Source of the DNA: a virus
Taxonomy: Duplodnaviria; Caudoviricetes
Length of the DNA: 25,895 bases
Direction: 5' to 3' (one strand)
Virus record (IMG/VR): IMGVR_UViG_3300017785_007051
Span: 1-25,895 of that record
In this document: piece by piece, positions 24,026 through 25,895 of the stretch
Layout of the letters: every line of letters begins with the position of its first letter
Position numbering within the stretch: the first letter of the stretch is position 1
Notes under the pieces: model-generated
Told to the model about the DNA's origin: nothing
Database searches by the model: none
Seen by the model: the letters and a program-made list of their open reading frames with translations, nothing else
Program-made: the position numbers and the translations under genes

Positions 24026-25576
24026 TCATCGGATACACTTTTGAATTACATCGATCGAATCGATGTAATTCGATGTGTCTACGGAGTAAGTCTCATCGCT
24101 GAACCGTTTGCAAACTTCAGGCACAGACATATCCAGACACACTGTAGTTATCTGTGCGCCGGTTTCCTGCTTCAAACTATCTACCCTGGAAATCCAGGCG
24201 GGGCTTGCCTCTGAGTTTCCGTCGGTGAGAACCAGAATGTCAGAATTTTTCAAGTTCTCCTTCTGACTCACCACGTGGGCCAACACGGCATTGAAGCTTG
24301 TGCCTCCGCCGAGAGTCCATCCAGCAACGAAGTCAATCAGTTCCTTCGTGTTTGGTGTGCCGCTTTTTACTTCAACACTGTGACCCACAACCGTATCAAA
24401 CAAGTGGATGTGCACAGAGCGTTTGTCAGTCAATGCCTGCTCAGAGATAACTAAGGCAATTGCCTTGCTCCAAAGCTCCAGATCTCCGTGCATCGACCCC
24501 GACACATCGACGTACATGATCACAGGACCGCGCCCCAAGTCCGTTCTGGATGCTGTGTAGTCTTTGGTGAGGATCGTCTTCTGCGAATACTTGAGAGCAA
24601 ACAGGGCTTGACCTTCCTTCGAGCCAGCCAGCGCAAGCTCCGTGGGGAAGGCGTTGATCACGCTGTCACTGAACTTCGCACCCGTTACCGCTTCGTAGTT
24701 AGCTTTCGCAGGCTTGGCTCGTTTCCTCTCAGTCCATACCCGGCGTAACGCACCGAGTTTCTTAGCAATCTGCTTGAGTGTTCTGTTCCTGCTCAAGCGG
24801 TTAGCGAGATTCCTCTTTTCTTGTAGGTCACTCAGCATCTTTCCGTTACCAGGCATCGAGCCGAACAGGCTGCTTATATCTTCGTTCTGTTCGTCACTCT
24901 CGCCGAGAACTTTATCGACGATCGTGTTCGCTTCTGCTTGTACTTGAGACTTCACATTCTGCAGCGCGTCGTGAATACGCTGCCCCAACTCCTTACCCTG
25001 CATTCGAGCTTCGTTCGCTGCAGCCTTGTCTCCGTTCTGTACAGCTTTGTTGTACTGGTCCCGGAGCTCCTGCAGTTGATCACCAGAACCCACCAGCAGC
25101 TGAACATCGAACATGTTCTGCTGGATTGCTTCCTCAATCACTTTTGAGATTTCGTTGAGGATGCGCACTGCATTGTTCCCGGAGTTGAACTGCTCGCCCA
25201 CGCAGCGTTGGATCAGCGTGGGCCACGCAGCAGCTTGGGAGAGATCCCCCATGATCGAATACCAAATAGCATTCTCCGGTTTGTAGCCCTTAGGTGTTTT
25301 AGTTGTATCACCGTCACAGATTGCCCTGAAATATTGCTCGAAGTCTTCGTCGCTGATTAGCCACTTAACTTCGTCAGCACTGTATAGACGCTCGAATACC
25401 TCCTTACCGAACCTAGAGAGTTGTTTGATGTTGTAAGTGTTAACGAGATAAGTGACGTTAGGCTTTGTGTCGCGGACAAAATCTTCCCAAAGGAAGTCTG
25501 CGAGAGCGGAGCACACTAAGGTTAGAGGCTCGTTATTTACAAGACGAACAAACTCAGAGTTCTTCTGGAGATTCAT
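24026..25576 (-). CDS. vWA (MIDAS) domain protein, ViaA/CoxE-like (start moved to ATG 25576)
   Basis: IMYVDVSGSM (DxSxS), GGTSF, LVLTDG; ATG 2 nt after the upstream stop. Confidence 0.9.
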   Translation of the reverse strand: MNLQKNSEFVRLVNNEPLTLVCSALADFLWEDFVRDTKPNVTYLVNTYNIKQLSRFGKEVFERLYSADEVKWLISDEDFEQYFRAICDGDTTKTPKGYKPENAIWYSIMGDLSQAAAWPTLIQRCVGEQFNSGNNAVRILNEISKVIEEAIQQNMFDVQLLVGSGDQLQELRDQYNKAVQNGDKAAANEARMQGKELGQRIHDALQNVKSQVQAEANTIVDKVLGESDEQNEDISSLFGSMPGNGKMLSDLQEKRNLANRLSRNRTLKQIAKKLGALRRVWTERKRAKPAKANYEAVTGAKFSDSVINAFPTELALAGSKEGQALFALKYSQKTILTKDYTASRTDLGRGPVIMYVDVSGSMHGDLELWSKAIALVISEQALTDKRSVHIHLFDTVVGHSVEVKSGTPNTKELIDFVAGWTLGGGTSFNAVLAHVVSQKENLKNSDILVLTDGNSEASPAWISRVDSLKQETGAQITTVCLDMSVPEVCKRFSDETYSVDTSNYIDSIDVIQKCIR

Positions 25577-25578
25577 GG

Positions 25579-25895
25579 TTAGTGAGTGATTTCGTTGAGG
25601 GCTTGAGCGATTGTGTCGCAATTGTTCTGAAGGTTTTGAGAGAGCTTAACGGCTCTGGATCTGACAGCCATGCTCATACGAATACGAGACCCATCAAGAA
25701 GCTCATCTACTTTGTCCTTAACCGTGTTCATATCCTTATGGTATTTCCGGAGATGAACGACGAGATCGTTAAGGGAGCCGATGCTGTTCTGTTGCTGTCT
25801 GGAGCGTAGTGCTGCAAACTCGGTCATTATTCCGCTTGCCGCTCGCTTCGCATCAGCAAACAACCGCTCAGCCGTGGGAACTTCCTGCTCCAGAA
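25579..25895 (-). CDS. C-terminal part of a truncated gene, probably a MoxR/RavA-type AAA+ ATPase
   Basis: Helical C-terminus directly upstream of the vWA gene; identity inferred from context only. Confidence 0.45.
   Translation of the reverse strand, partial: LEQEVPTAERLFADAKRAASGIMTEFAALRSRQQQNSIGSLNDLVVHLRKYHKDMNTVKDKVDELLDGSRIRMSMAVRSRAVKLSQNLQNNCDTIAQALNEITH

Overview
This is a 25.9-kb segment of a tailed dsDNA cyanophage, probably infecting a Synechococcus/Cyanobium-type host; the host is inferred from an NblA-like gene and protein families I associate with cyanophages. The left part (mostly + strand) contains the 3' end of a tail-fibre gene and a ~1.66-kb accessory block with a structured RNA, a non-canonical tRNA-like element and six small ORFs. 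It continues with a tail-associated gene, a tyrosine recombinase, HNH nucleases, a lysis module (holin-like genes and a GH24 lysozyme-C39 peptidase endolysin), small low-complexity proteins and thyX. After a terminator near 10.2 kb the - strand carries a replication module: primase-SF3 helicase, PD-(D/E)XK exonuclease, two SSB-like proteins, family A DNA polymerase, and a vWA protein preceded by the end of a probable MoxR AAA+ ATPase. The most notable observations are: an N-terminal R-hydrophobic-A-G motif shared by four unrelated proteins, two of them missing from the ORF track; an NblA-like gene; the structured RNA plus tRNA-like locus; two apparent pseudoenzymes; a C-terminal IDF motif shared by two adjacent SSB-like proteins; and -10 hexamers at near-constant spacing before many genes. 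All calls come from motif recognition by eye; no searches were run.
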